NCBI GenBank assembly: GCA_000934665.2 | Contig: KZ538460.1 | Span: forward strand, 1 to 64,000 | Length of the DNA stretch: 64,000 nucleotides | Source of the DNA: Catajapyx aquilonaris | Lineage: Eukaryota | Reading direction: 5' to 3' | Shown here: positions 24,501-38,700 of the stretch, piece after piece | Layout: each line of letters opens with the position of its first letter | Position numbering within the stretch: position 1 is the stretch's first letter | Position numbers and translations under genes: made by a program | The notes under the pieces: generated by a model | Told to the model about the DNA's origin: nothing | What the model saw: only the letters and a program-made list of their open reading frames with translations | The model's database searches: none

Positions 24501-27500
24501 CCATCCTTGAAATGGCCTCCACACTAATAAGGAAGCGACACTCTTCTTCACCCATTTTGCTGAATTCGTGCAAAAATGTAAAGTATTCCGTCAAGTGCTT
24601 GATGTGGGACTTAGCACCTTGCTCCATCTGAAATCAAAGCGATTTCTTTAGAATTCAATATTTGCAATCCAAAACTGGAAAATTCCATCTCTGATTAAAG
24701 TGATGTACAGCATACACAATTAATAACTACTGTGAAACTGTCCATAATGAACCCTGAGTATAGCCGAAACTTGTGTAGTGGACTTCCAAAGCTTACCAAA
24801 AGTAGTAGTTTGCGTATGAACCTGGTCACACATGATTGCGCTCCGATCTGCACTGGACCACCCGGATCATCGCCAGCCACAGAAGGTTTAAGATACAGAG
24901 GAGCATGAAGGGACCTACAAGTATACAGAAATTAACATTTTTGCAACAAACTGCGTCCACCTTCACATCCTACCTCAACCTCTGAATAACATGAATGCAC
25001 AAGCGCTGGAACATCTGGCGAACCATCTGATTGGGACACTTGATGAGGATCTGAACAGGCCACCACTCATCTGCAGCCATGTGGTCCATAAACCATTCAC
25101 AGGCTGCCTGCGATGCGTTAAACTGCTTGGTAAGAAGCTCCACCCATTGGACCATTGTCGGCTGCAAAGAGAAGTTGTGTGATTTTACCATTTAGCCCAA
25201 ATTTGTTACCACAAAGCCACTCACCTTTTCTTTGGCATGAATGAATGTTTCCAAGAAGAAAGAGGTGGACAACTTTGCAGCCATCACTGTTACATCTTGC
25301 TGACCCACCAATGTTTGTGGTACATATCCACACATTTGCCACATGAAGCTGTAACACAACCAGGTTAATCTCCCTGTCTTTCCTATCCTTCCCTGAGTTT
25401 TGACTACTCACTGAAAATAGGTGTGTTCAAAAATGTTCTTGTCTCTTAGAAACTGCATGTTATCCTGCCAAATCCAATCTTCCAGTTCCTTACTCAGCTC
25501 TAGTGGTGCTAAAGGTGCCTGAATCTGTCCTCTGGCCACTTCTGATTCATTCTTTGAGCCACCCTGTTCATCATCTTTGTTGCAACGCTCATAAAACAAC
25601 ATGTATGCACTGTTGGTTTTTTCAAAGCTGAAGTCCATGAACTTGTCAGTTACAGAATCATATGTCTTGCTCTGTAAAGTCGTAAAGTGGTCCTGCAAAA
25701 TCCCTACAGATCCCTCGCCATGCTGCAGATGTGTTTTATATTGTAAATATGACATGGAACTCAAATGTGCATGTGAAGAAAATTCCTAAAACTGGCCAAG
25801 TTTAGCTCACCATCATCTCGCCTCCAAAGCACTCAGCAGCAATCTGGTTAGGGTCAAATGGCTTAACCTCTGCATCATTAAACAAAAACCATTCCTTATT
25901 AGGAGAAGTACGGTCCCTGATGAAGCTGTAGTAGTGGCCACCATCAGCTGTGCCCGTGTGAACAGTGACTCCAATTAGATCATATTCGCAGCCAAACTCC
26001 TCGGTTTCACTGTCATCTTGTCCTGGTACCCGCTCTTGTTTGGCCCTTTTCATCTTTTCCTCTGAATATAAGCAGACAAGGTATACTTTTAGCCCTAGTC
26101 AACTGTCACGTTAACTCACCTTGGTATTGCTGCGGCATTAGATGCTTCTCAATGTAACTTGACATGTCAAGCCGCAATGGAAATGAGAAGTGTGTGTTGA
26201 CCTTCTCCTTCAACATTGTTACCATGTTAAAGGTATATCGCATGGTGTTGAAGCAGAGGATGTGAGGCAATTTCTTGAAACACGCCCTAAGAGTAAAGTT
26301 TGATTAATGTACAGCCCAGAAAAAGTGGCATACCTTTTTTCACCGTTTTTCAGCTCGGACTTTCTTTCCACACTGGGAGCACGTGTACATGTTGTCGCCT
26401 TCTAAAGTATCCTTAACTGTGACTTCATTTAATGACTCATACAAGTTCCGCATGTCAGCCACTTGACATCTCACTGTGTAGAACTCTTCAAGGGTTCGAC
26501 TCACATGAGGGCAGTCCTGCAAGATGAGGCAAGTGAAACCTGTTTCCCGTCATTCCTTTCACCCAGCCCACCCACAAAGAGGTTGAAAACTCACTAGTGA
26601 CACGACATTGTTGCTCTGTACCCCTCCAAACAAATTTTTGACTAGACTTTTCAGTTCAGGAGTCATTTCTTCCAGCTTGGACACTAGATCAATGAAGAAC
26701 TCAGCCATGTCCTTTTGTTCCCCAGTATTAAGTGGTTGATGATCCATGGTGTACACCTTACAAAAACTTCTGGGATTGTAGGCTTTCCTTTCACTCTCCT
26801 ACAAAACAAAGTATAAAAGATGTGTCAGGCGTAGGCTGGGTCAGTCCGTAAACCTCTCTCAAAGTGTAGTAATCTACAATATTTACTCACTACTTCATTC
26901 ATAAATCTGTAAGGGTAGGCAAATGTCACTTTGGCACTTACCAACAGGTATGCAAACATCCTCTGAAGTTCACCAAGAGTCTGTTCATGCTTGCTCTCTT
27001 TGTTGCACTTGGCCTTCAAAATGGATGCTCGAGCTTGAGGCATCATGTATAAGTGCTGCATACAAGATGCCATGTAGCAGGTAGCACCCAGATTGGTCAG
27101 TCCTACATAGCCACAATCAGAGCGCCCATCTTCATGTGGCCAATAGTCCCATGGGTATGGTGGATGAGTATCTGGTAATGAAGAATCTGAAACTTTTGTC
27201 AGAGGGTGTTACGATGAATTTCAGAAGCGCAAGTAACAATTGAAAGGAAAAGAAATAGCTCACTCACAAAATATTAACCCTTTGCCTCCCGCTTGATTTC
27301 GCACTGTTCGAGTGGGGGTTTAAAAAGAGCGCCCTAGGTGAAAATCACTGGATCTGGCACCATTGGTTTCACTCCCGATTCATGCACAAGAGGGGGCTGA
27401 ACATTGAAAGACATACCAACCTACGTTGCATATCGAGAGAGGGCATCAACCACCTCATATACTATGCACAAGACGGTGACGTCATCCTATTGCATCATCT

Positions 27501-29646
27501 ACGCGGTTTTTTAAAAGCGCTTCTACCCATCTAAAAAAGCCAATAAAATACTACAAGGGGTGTTCAAGTCATTCCCGGACTTTAATTTTTAACAAATCAC
27601 ACACATGTGACACAGATGTTAAACCTTGGCCATTTCTCGACATAGTCCCCAGCAACAGCACAACATTTTCCCCACCCATGTATAAGCACTTATATCCCAG
27701 CAGCATAGAATGAGGGTTCCCCCATCCTCAGCCATGCCAGGACAGCTTCTTGCACTGCCTCATTCGTCTCGAAGCGCCGTCCAGACAAATGCTCTTTTAA
27801 AGGCCCGAAAAGGTGGGAATCGCTGAGGGCGAGGTTGGGGCTGTATGGTGGGTGAGGAATAGTGGTTCAACCGAGTGTGCGAATTTTGTCACTGGTGATA
27901 TGGGCTGTGTGGGGGTGGGCATTGTCCTGCAGCAGAATAATGCCTTGCAGACACCTGAGTGACGTGAATGTGTTCATGCAGAATAGTCTCAACACTGCCA
28001 CAACTGATTCCTGTCATCTGCACAAGTTCACGAACAGTAACGCGACGGTCACTGAGCACTAAACCCTCCACACACTTGATGTTCGCTGGCGTCACCACAC
28101 TCGGTGCCGACCCGACATGTCCCGGGTCATCAAGCACGCTTTTCCGGCCGCCTTTGAAGCGTGCAGCCCACTCGTACACCACCGACCTGCTCAGGGTATC
28201 CTCCCCATACTGTCCCCTCAGTCTGGTGACAATGTCCAATGCTTTGATGCCTTCCGCTACCAGAAACTTAATGATAACGCACTGTCCCACTACTGCGCTG
28301 ACACCACCCGCCGCCATCTTTATTTGCTCTCTCACATGACTGTTTACGGAGACTGGCCCTTGACTGAACATACAAGACAGTTGAAGGAAGGTGAGGTATA
28401 AATTTGACATACGTGTCACTTGTGTATGATTTGTTAAAAAATAAAGTCCGGGAATGACTTGAACACCCCTCGTATATGGTTGCCCAGTCTCTATGATGAA
28501 TTATGAAAACATCAGTGTCCGTTTAAAAAATCCGAAAGGTCCGGTTTAAAAGGAAGTAATGCGATCCACCAGGTGCAAAAAGAACTGGCTCAGGTGACGA
28601 GCGGCCAATGCCCAGAGGTCAGAGCAGTCCTCCCGGCCAATTAGGTGCGAGGATATTTTACTACCAAACTGGCCCTGGGGGAGATTGCCTACCCTTCACA
28701 GATTGTTCTGATTTTTTCCCTGGCAAAAAGTAAGTCGTGGAATTTCGTAATTTTTTAATGGTTTTCAGCTGCACGTGCACATACTGGGCAATATGCGGCA
28801 GGGAGCTGTGTGTATCTACATTCGTGCAGTAAGTGCTTGTTTCAGGTTGTTTTAAATGAATGAAACCTTTGGCCTATGACGTCACGCCATTTAAAATATC
28901 ACGCGAGTGGTGTACATATTCATGAACATAGAAACCATGAACATTTCTTAAGTCTACGGCGAAACCAATTTCCGTCGGGGTTATACCAGTGAATTTAAAA
29001 AAATTATTTTGTTTGGTTGTATTATTTATACAACCAAATCGGGTATTATCGGGTATATGGGAGACAAAGGGTTAAACTTCACTTGAAAAGTACTCTCAAC
29101 CTGTATGCAAAAGGGTAGTTTTTTTCTATTCTTAACCCCTTCACTACCAGCTGCCTAGAATCTAGGTGACGAGAACTCGACCGCCAGCTATATCCACTAT
29201 CACCTAGCGCAGTGGTTCCCAACCTGGGGGGCGTGAGAGGATTTCAGGGGGGGCGTGAGGCCATGAGAAATACGTAAAATAATGTAACATGTTTCCGGTT
29301 GGCGCTGCTGGAAATATGAAGGGACCGACTTTTCTCCTTGCTTGTATCCGATGTGCTTACAGTGTAGGAAGATTCCACTGTACTTTGTCAGCTACATTCA
29401 CCTAAACTTTGTGACCATGAGCCCCCCAAAAAATTTCGTTGTTGCCCCCTTTTCTACAGGTTTTCATTCCTCAGTTATAAAAATTTCTTTCACGAAACTC
29501 TTGCTGAAATTTATTTGGGGGGGGGGGAGGGGGGGGAGAGNGTGTTTGATGAAAACGAAAAGGGGGGCGTCATGACGAAAAGGTTGGGAACCACTGACCT
29601 AGCGGAAACCTAACCATTGCAGAATTTTTTCTGGGAACGGGCGCAT

Positions 29647-29709
<63 letters not shown>

Positions 29710-32700
29710 GATACCCCATTATCAGCCCTTTAGGCTTTATTAGGGGGGGATTTCTCCCAAACTTTTTTTGTCTGGAACTCTTTCCATCTTTACTATACTT
29801 TTTCATCGGAATTGAGGCAAGGATAGGTAAGGAAGGAAGCGGCTGTGGCCTATAATTACAGTAACGACCCCAGAATTATCCTGCGATGACCATGGGAAAC
29901 CACAGAAAACCATGATCAGGGTCGCCGGCCTCCGGGATTCGAACCCAGGACCTTCCAATTAGCAGTCGGACACCATACCACTACACTACTCTTCGGTGGA
30001 ACGGGCGCATGTATAGGACATGCAATGTATTTTTTGACGATTATGTAACCTGCCCAATGCGGGATTTTTGTCTCCCTTCAAAGAAAATCCCTGTTCATAA
30101 CGGAAATCAAAAGGTTTACATTATCTCCTGTGAGTCACAAAAATAGAAACTACAGACAGGTTCACTCCCGACCCTCCCAGGAGGCCTCTGACTAACCCTT
30201 TTGGACCGTCCTTTTACCATACTGTGTATCCTAATTGCTGGAATTGCTATCGGCCAGTGGCCTTGAAGATATTCCAGAGGAAAGGGGACTATTTTTGGTT
30301 GGCAAACGGAGATGCGGCTTGTTGGGAGGCCAAGAAGATTGTGACTTGTGATTCGTAGATGCCCTGCCTTCAAGTTCACTGTTCGGTCCAGTTTTAAAAT
30401 GTCAGGGGGGAAGAAGAAGGGGTTGACAAAGGTTCTACGTATTGCTTGTGTCCAGGCAGATGGTCCAAAAGAGCAGGCAAAATAAATAGCCCAAAAAGGT
30501 GGTATGGCAAATGGGTGGCTGGAAAGTTTCCGCAACAGGCACAGAATTTCACGGGAAAAAGTGTGTACTGTGTGTGTTGTGAGACTGATTTTGCACCATA
30601 TTGAAGGTAAGGTGCTTATTTTTCCTCTCCCCATTTTCCTCTCTTTCCCACCAGCAAAAAAAGTTAGTGACGTCTTTGATCTGAATATAGTGGAAACCTG
30701 TCCAGTAAGGAAATTTTTTAGGGTTCCGTGAGATTCCGTAATACACAGGTTTCACTGTACTACTGGCAAACTGTTCGGCTGGTTTAATTACGATATACGT
30801 TAAATTATATGGAATAACAACCTTGAGAACCATACCAGATGCATTTTCTGAAATCATTTTACTTTTCGAGAAATAAATCAATACTTATCTGCGACTTGCC
30901 TGACACTACGGCAAACCCACAAATTTATTTATTCCTCACAAAGTAAGATGATTTCAGCACATTCATCTGGCACAGTTCTCAAGGTTGTTATTCTGTATAC
31001 AGGGTGGACCAACTTCAAGCATCGTTTTATAACGGCGATTAATAGCAGTGATTTTGCAATGACGTAGCAGCGACGTGTAAAATGTCCCACTTCGGCGCCA
31101 TCGAAGTGGGCCATTTTACACGTCGCTGCTACGTCAATCGTAAAGCGTTTCTATTAATAGCGGTTATAAAACGACACTTGAAGTTGGTCCACCCTGTATT
31201 TTAACGTATTTCATAATTAAATCAGCCCAACAGTTCGCCGGCAGTACTCGAATTTCGCGTTTTTACAGCTATCTTTTTGGAAATTTATTTAGGGACTTCT
31301 ATGGGAGGAAAATTGTTCCCAACACATTCATAGTATTTTCCACAAACAGGTAAGTACAGCTGTCACTGCTTGTAAAATATCTTGTTTGTATCTTCAGAGC
31401 ACGCGTAAGTGGAAAACTAGGCGATGGCGCGTATAGCTGGTACCTGGCGGTCATGTACTATTTTTTTCTTAATTTCTTAACTTTTCTCCCAGCCATCCAA
31501 AAACGGGAAGAAAAAGTTATAAAAATGGCCCCTTTAGGCAAAGTAACCTCAGTGGTGTTGGAATAGCTTTTTGGACATAAACCTCCCATCCAAACAACTT
31601 GTCTTTTTTGGTGAATCCAACCTCAAGTGGTGTTGAAGAACACACTGACAGCAGTCCATTTATAGCATGCAGGTATGATTTTTCAATACACAACATATCC
31701 AGACATTTTCAGAAAATTAAAACAGAAATTGGGAACAATCACTTACTCGGTTGGTGCTGTGCCAGAAGTTTTCCATGGAGTATATGATAATTCACAGGTG
31801 CACCCTTGACCATCTCAACTAGCAGGTCATATGCTGCAGAGCGCGACATTTGGGATTTACACTTTGGCAGATAACGTTTGTAGGGACTTGGCAGTGCAAA
31901 TAGGCAATCAAACACCTGGAATCAAACACAATGCTAAAATAGTACTCAGTAAAACACGATATATATACGCTGGCCCAAGAAAAGACAGGTACTGACACAG
32001 GGCTTCTAATCGAAGTTTGCAGCTGATGTAATAAGAAGTTAATGTGAGAACCAATACATAATCTATATGTAATTGGGTTTTGCACTAACATTGCCCAACA
32101 CTTGTTTCAAACTTACACTAGAAGCCCTGTAGTAGTTCTTTATTTTCTTCACCAACCTGTAGTAATCAGTATATTGTCACCTGATGTAAGAAAGCTTGGC
32201 CTTCTTTGCTGGCTTTAAAAGGTGGGTTGTGCTTCAGGGCCAAGGTAGTAGCATTTAGTAAGCCCACTAAACAACTGTCCTCTACAGTGCTGTTCTTAGT
32301 CTCAAAGTACTCGTGGGTAACAACTGCACATGCTAGCCTCTTCACCAGGCTGTTGATATCAACCACGCAACCCTGAGCCTCATCAATACCCTCTTTTAGG
32401 TGGTCATGTGCCAAACTGTCGAGCAAGCGGCAAAGCAGCCAAAAATAATCACGGCAAGCTGGTCCATAGGGCTCCTTGCCTTCCTCGGCTGTGTGATGTG
32501 GTGTTTCTAATTGCTTTGGTGGCCGCATTTTCTGGGCAGCTGGCAAGCACTCCAGGAGGTGACTTAGCATGGGTGCAATGAACTTGGTCCCTGTTTTGCC
32601 ATCATTGGTGGAGCCAAGACACAGACGATAGAGGCTGGTGCAAGTCTCCTGGCGAACTGGAGGCTCAGGATCCTCCAGCACCAGACGATGTAACCAGAGA

Positions 32701-35700
32701 GGGAACTTCGGGCAGGCAAACAGTGCCGGTTGCACCTCTTCACAACAATAAGCCCATGAGATCAGAAGGGCCAGGGCATAGTGGACTACCTGAAGGTACA
32801 AAACACTCCATGATGTTTTAGACCAAAACACACTTTTGTTGCATGCCTACACACTTACTAACAAGTTCTGTACTCACCTGTGCTCGGCCCCAAAAGCCAG
32901 TCTTGTAATGATTAGGGTCTCTTGGAAGTGATGATTCGTACAAAATACTTGTAAGTCGTGGCATGACATTTTGTACGTCCATCATTGCCAACATTTTCTG
33001 AAAACAAGCACAAGTTTCAGACATGTGGATTAGTATGGCTGGAAAGTACAGAAGCTAATATGGTCCTGATTAATTAGCATATAACTGTGGTGCATTTTTG
33101 TCAATGATGTTTTGTTTACATGGCACAGTAGGATGGCATGCATGAGCGTGTGACTGAATGTCGCAGTCACTCTAAAGCCCTGTTTCCACTGGCATAATTT
33201 TTGTTCTGGACAAAATGCAAGCCAGAACAATTTTTGTCTCCATGACGGTTTTGTGCAGCACAAATAAACACATGTATCAACCAGGACAATTTTTGTTCTT
33301 TTCACAAAAAGAAACAAAAATGAGAGCTCGATGGGATGGGAGAAGGGAGTACCCAAAGTTCCGAATGTATTTTATTTAAACTAAACCCCCGTCCGGAAAG
33401 GAAAGTCTATCGTTTATCCGCACCTAGCGACGCGGCAGGGTTGGGCCAACGGGGTGGGCTCCAAACATGTTGGCTACGGGTCGCAAACAATTGGTTCCCA
33501 GGAGAGGACAACACGGGCGTCTTCTTACCCCTGCCATGCGAACCGATCAGATGAGTGCTGGGACCATGGTCATAATGAAGGAGGTGGCAAATTTGAACGC
33601 CATGAGGGTTACTGCAGTTCGTTAACTTAAAAAACGACATGATGTAACAACAGCCGTGTTTTCTGAGCATGTGCAGTAGTATGTCTGCAGAGTGAGTCGT
33701 GGACAAGATTGGAGGGGAGAGCCTGGTGGAAGTGGGCGGATAGTGTCATCATGTCGTTCGTTGATTTAACGGACTGTGTGGAGGTAAACTTTGCGCTTGG
33801 CAAAGCCACAATAACATTCCTTGGCCTGCGGCGCACAATGAGGACCGTATTGTAGGCATATACCAACCCACAATAAGCACCCAGCTCCACTATTGCTCCG
33901 TAAAAACTAAAAACATCACGCACGAGCGACGTACCATGCCTGGCAGGGCCACAGCAATGGACAGTACTGTTGCGGTAACAAAAAGCCATACAGCATCACC
34001 AACACAAAGGGCTATTCCTATAATCACATCAAAATCTCCCAAAGGTACTGTTTCCTAATTTATTCAGCGAATGGGCCGTATTGACATAAGCCCTTCATGC
34101 CTCCTTGGCACAGCAAGACAAATTTCCAGGTGTTCATGTCAGTAGTTGGTCATAAACACACTCTGTCACGACCTGGTGAGCTAATCGAACACACTCCGTC
34201 AAGACGTGCGACCCACCAAGAAATGCTACTATGGTTTGCCAAGACATATCAACCACGATAGCAACCGTGAAGGCATTCGAATTTGGCAGCAGTATCAAGG
34301 CACCCGATTGTTTGCGACACACCGTTGCCAACCGTCGGGAGGCCCCCGCCCGCCCAACCCCAGCTGTGTTGTTAAGGTGCGGATAAACTGTAGCCTAGCC
34401 TCCGGAAATTGTTTAGCTTAATTTAACCATCAATTGTACTTGAATTATCGCCAAAATAATTCCGATATTTAGCCAAAGGCTCCCCTAGAATGCACTTTTG
34501 TAACCTCCCACTTTTCAATAACACTGGATAACAAAATTAAACATGTTTTGGGGAGACGGAGTGGCGCCGTGGTAACGCGCGCGGCCACGGAAGTTAAGGT
34601 CCCGGGTTCAATCCCCACCCGGGGTTCCCACCTTCTTTCGTGCAGAGTTGGGCCATCTCTGGCTTCGTTTCGGGTGGCAATTTCCGGCAGACTAAGCCAC
34701 CCGGGGGAGTTCACAAAATGACGATTAGAGACATTGCACTTGCACTTTGCACATCCCCTCCCACCCACCCTTGGAGCATACTAATTAAGATTCTTCTTAA
34801 ACTCGCTCCAAAAACAATTCCAAAGGTGGCAACCCACCCCCCCTAAGGAGTAGTATAACTCCCCCCGTGGGGTAATGAAAAAAAGAAAAAAAAAAGAAAA
34901 AAAAAATTAAACATGTTTTTTGCCTGAGGTATGTTATATAGTCAAATTCCTCTATAACGAATCCGGATATAACGAAAATCCGCTTATAACGAAAGAAAAT
35001 TTGTGACCGTCAGAGATCCCATATAAACCCATGTCAAAAATATCCGCTTTTAACGAAAGTATTTTCGGTTTCGGTTCGCATATAACAAAAAATTTTCGCT
35101 CCTCCAGTTCCACCTCTTGGCCGAAAAAGGGCGTAAGTTGGCAAATTGGGCCATAAATCACCATTCTGTCTGTTTGGGATTCAACCTTTTTTCACACATT
35201 CCGTCCAAAAGTTGATAATTTGGGGTCCTAATGGAAGGGAAAGGATTCTCTGGGAAGGGGGGGAGGGCTGTTGCACAGTGACTCAGAGCTGCCCACTGGA
35301 TTTATTGCTAGCACGTGGCCCCCCAGGGAAGGCAGCAGGAGGTTAAAACCTGGGAAAATTCATCGGAAATTTGAGCAGCAAAATGAATCACATTTGGAAC
35401 GGAATTCCCAGACGCGGACTGATCATATGTGCCTAAAAGATGGGATGAGGGCTCAAGCGGAAAAGGCGAAGGGCTTTGGCCTGCATCTGGTGCAGTCCTC
35501 TGGTGTTTGTTCAGTCACAGTCAGTGTCCGACTCCTGCACACTTCACTCAGAAGCAGTTTTCGGCATGGCACCAAAGAGGAAGCGTCTGACCTTTCCTTA
35601 TCATCTTTCCCCCCATTTCCTCTTTCCCCCCTTGGGTCTACTACTTGCAGGAGATTATGGCGGGCATATTATGCCGGTGCAGCGGGTTAGCTGATCGGCC

Positions 35701-38700
35701 GAATTGCTGTAGCTTTTTGTTATCGCCTTTGAGCCGTGTTTTGAGATAATCTAATTTAGCACAGAAGAGTTTTTAAACTATTTTTCCCGCTACCAGGGCT
35801 TAATATAACGCCTAAACATCGAATAAAGTGAAGTTTAAATGCGTTTTCTATATAACGAAAGAAAATTTGGTTCCCTTCAATTCGTTATAGAAGGATTCGA
35901 CTGTACTTCTGTATGTAACTGTTTTATAAAGTAACAACATTATTTCAAAAATTTCACTCTTGTGGACTGGCAACCCTATTTCTGCCATTTCCCAAATTCC
36001 CATTGGTGGAGTATTGAAAAGTGGGCGATTACAGAAATGCATTCTAGGGGAGCCTTTGGCTATAAGTCCACCATGGTTGGCCATCTTGGATTTCCATTTT
36101 GTGCCAGGCACAATTTGTGAGAAGTTCAAAATTCTGGAATAATTCCAAAGTTTGTTTGATTTTGTGCTCCATTTTGTGCTTTTCATCAAATTTTGTTTTT
36201 GTGCTTGAACCTGCCGGTGTGAACAGGTCTTAACTCACTTCATTCAGCCTTGGTATAAGCAGCTTTTCAGTGCTGCTCTTGCTGTAGCGTTTAGTCTTCT
36301 TGCGGGATGTTTCATTCAAGTCATACAGCTGATCTGTGACAACGTCCATTTCTTCTGGAGCTACTCCATACTGGCACAACAATTTCAGGAGAGATGCTAA
36401 ACAGTCTTGTTGCCACTCACTCCAGTCATCCCCCTCACGGCTTTGCAGTATCCCTACAAGAATTATAATCAAATATAACATAAACAATGACTCAAGGTTT
36501 ACATTTTATAAAATGCATCCAACAAAACACACTACCTGACAAAAAGATGTCAAACAAATGCTGCAGGCCTCCGTGAATCAGGAACATGTTGCTCCAACTT
36601 GTTTCATCACCAGCCTATGTTAAGACAGAATTAATATGCAAATAACTTGCATCCCATTCAAAATACATTGCAAAACTACGACGGCTAAATTTTAATTAAG
36701 TTCTGATGAGCTGTGAATGAAAAACATGTGATTAAAAAACTTTTAATACTCACAAAAGTTAGATACATTCTTATCCTACTTTGCTACATAGTCACATCCC
36801 ATTTGAGTCATTTGTCATAAAGCAGCACCATCTTTTGTATGCCTTCCCCATAGAAAGTTACTGGGTACACTACCCTGCATTAATGGCTATGCACAGACAT
36901 CGCCACCTGGCGGACATAAGTCACGGCGACTGCGGCCAAAATACTTGGACAGCTCAAGACTACTCACGAGACCGCTCAAGATATCGCGGCGGATTCAAAC
37001 GCTTGCTACGAAGATGGATCATATAGATATATCATATGCATCTATGAGATGGATTATAAATTGCAATTCCTCTCAATGCGCTGAAGTTGTGAACCAGTTT
37101 ATTACATGGACCACAATAATGCTTATTAGTACGATAATATTACTGTCTCTTGTTCTATGTTTGAAATGGCCAGGTGGATTGTTCCTGGTCATCGCTGGTA
37201 ACCCCATCTTGGGAATATGCTGTGAGTGTAATGAATGAATGGTCTCTTGTTATTAAATGTGCGGCTGTATAGGGGACTTTTGGAAGTGTACGTAAACAGC
37301 ATCACTCTTCTCTTATCATTACACTGTTGAATTCAGGAGTTTTTAATACACTGTAGTCAGTGCCGCAATATGAGAGGTAATACGGTATATGATCCATCTT
37401 CGTAGCAAGCATTTGAATCCACCGAGATATCTTAAATTGTCTCAGTATTTTGGACGCAGCCGCCGCTGCTTATTTCCGCCAGGTGGTGATGTCTGTGCAT
37501 AGCCATTAATGGAGGGTACTGTACTAAGCCAACGAATCACACTTTTTCAGCTCTTGATTGTTATCACACTCACTCTGCGTAATGCTTACAATAGCCCAGG
37601 TTTCCTGTCATAAAGAGCTGACTGCAAAGTTCAGGGAAGCAGACAGGGAAGAAATTTCAAACCACAAGCACTCTCAAACCACTTCCTCAATTTGTTCAAC
37701 AACACTCAGTTGCCACAAACTTTCTCTCCTGCCCTTCCTCTTCACGGACATCATTTCATTTTCTTGAAAATTCTGACGCCATTTCTACACAGCACAGTCA
37801 CTTATGCACTTTTCTTCATACATGTCGAATACATGATTTCCTATGAATTTATACTGTGTTGTGTCCTTCAGCTTGGAGAAATCTAATTACAGAGTGAACC
37901 TTGCATTTGGTGGGAGCATTGATTGTATTAGGCATACAAAAGCTGGTGCCGTGTTATGACAAGTGCCTCAATCAGGAAGGTGACTAGGTAGAGAATTAGC
38001 AGAAGTATGCATCTCACTTTTATGCTTATTTAAAAAATTTGGTTACTCTTATTTTTCTTTCAAAGTTCATCGGAACTTCAATTAGAAATATCTTTCCTAC
38101 AACCAAACTCCAAAACTACTGATCATCCCAAATCCTTCCCACATATCACTTTTGAAACACTTTTGTTCAAAAATCAGCTTACTTCTTAAAAATACTTTGT
38201 TACTTTAAAATAAAGAGTAGAAATCCCAAGGGGTTTTCCATGTACATGTAAAACATGCCTTCGTTCAAGGTTCCAGTATGTATAGTACTTCAATGGTATA
38301 ATAAAGGTCTGTGCTACATACCTCTCAAGGAGGTCAAGCACTAACTGCATTATTATTATTATTATTTACACTATTATATTTTCAACATTCACTGGGTCGA
38401 GTCACAACTAGTGTCAATAATGCAGGCAAAGTATTGTATTCTCTGTACTTACCGTAGAAATGTCTGTCTTCTTTGCTTGCCTGCCCAGTGATTCCACAAT
38501 GTACAATGAATACATCAGTTTCTGGGGGCTGGCTGGGTTGAGAAGATCCTCAAAACGAGTCTGGCTTCCTGGTCCCAAATCCCGAAAGCCTTCCAGGAGT
38601 GAGGGGCTTGTTGGGAGAAGCATTAAAATGTCCCACACTCGTCGTGAAAGTACTTGGGCCTTTGTGTGCAGGATGACATTCTGAATAAATAAAATAAAAT

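Noticed and set aside
37560..37790. Candidate extra USP34 exon in intron 17
   Set aside because: Contains stops and looks like mariner N-terminal sequence; exons 17 and 18 already join in phase.
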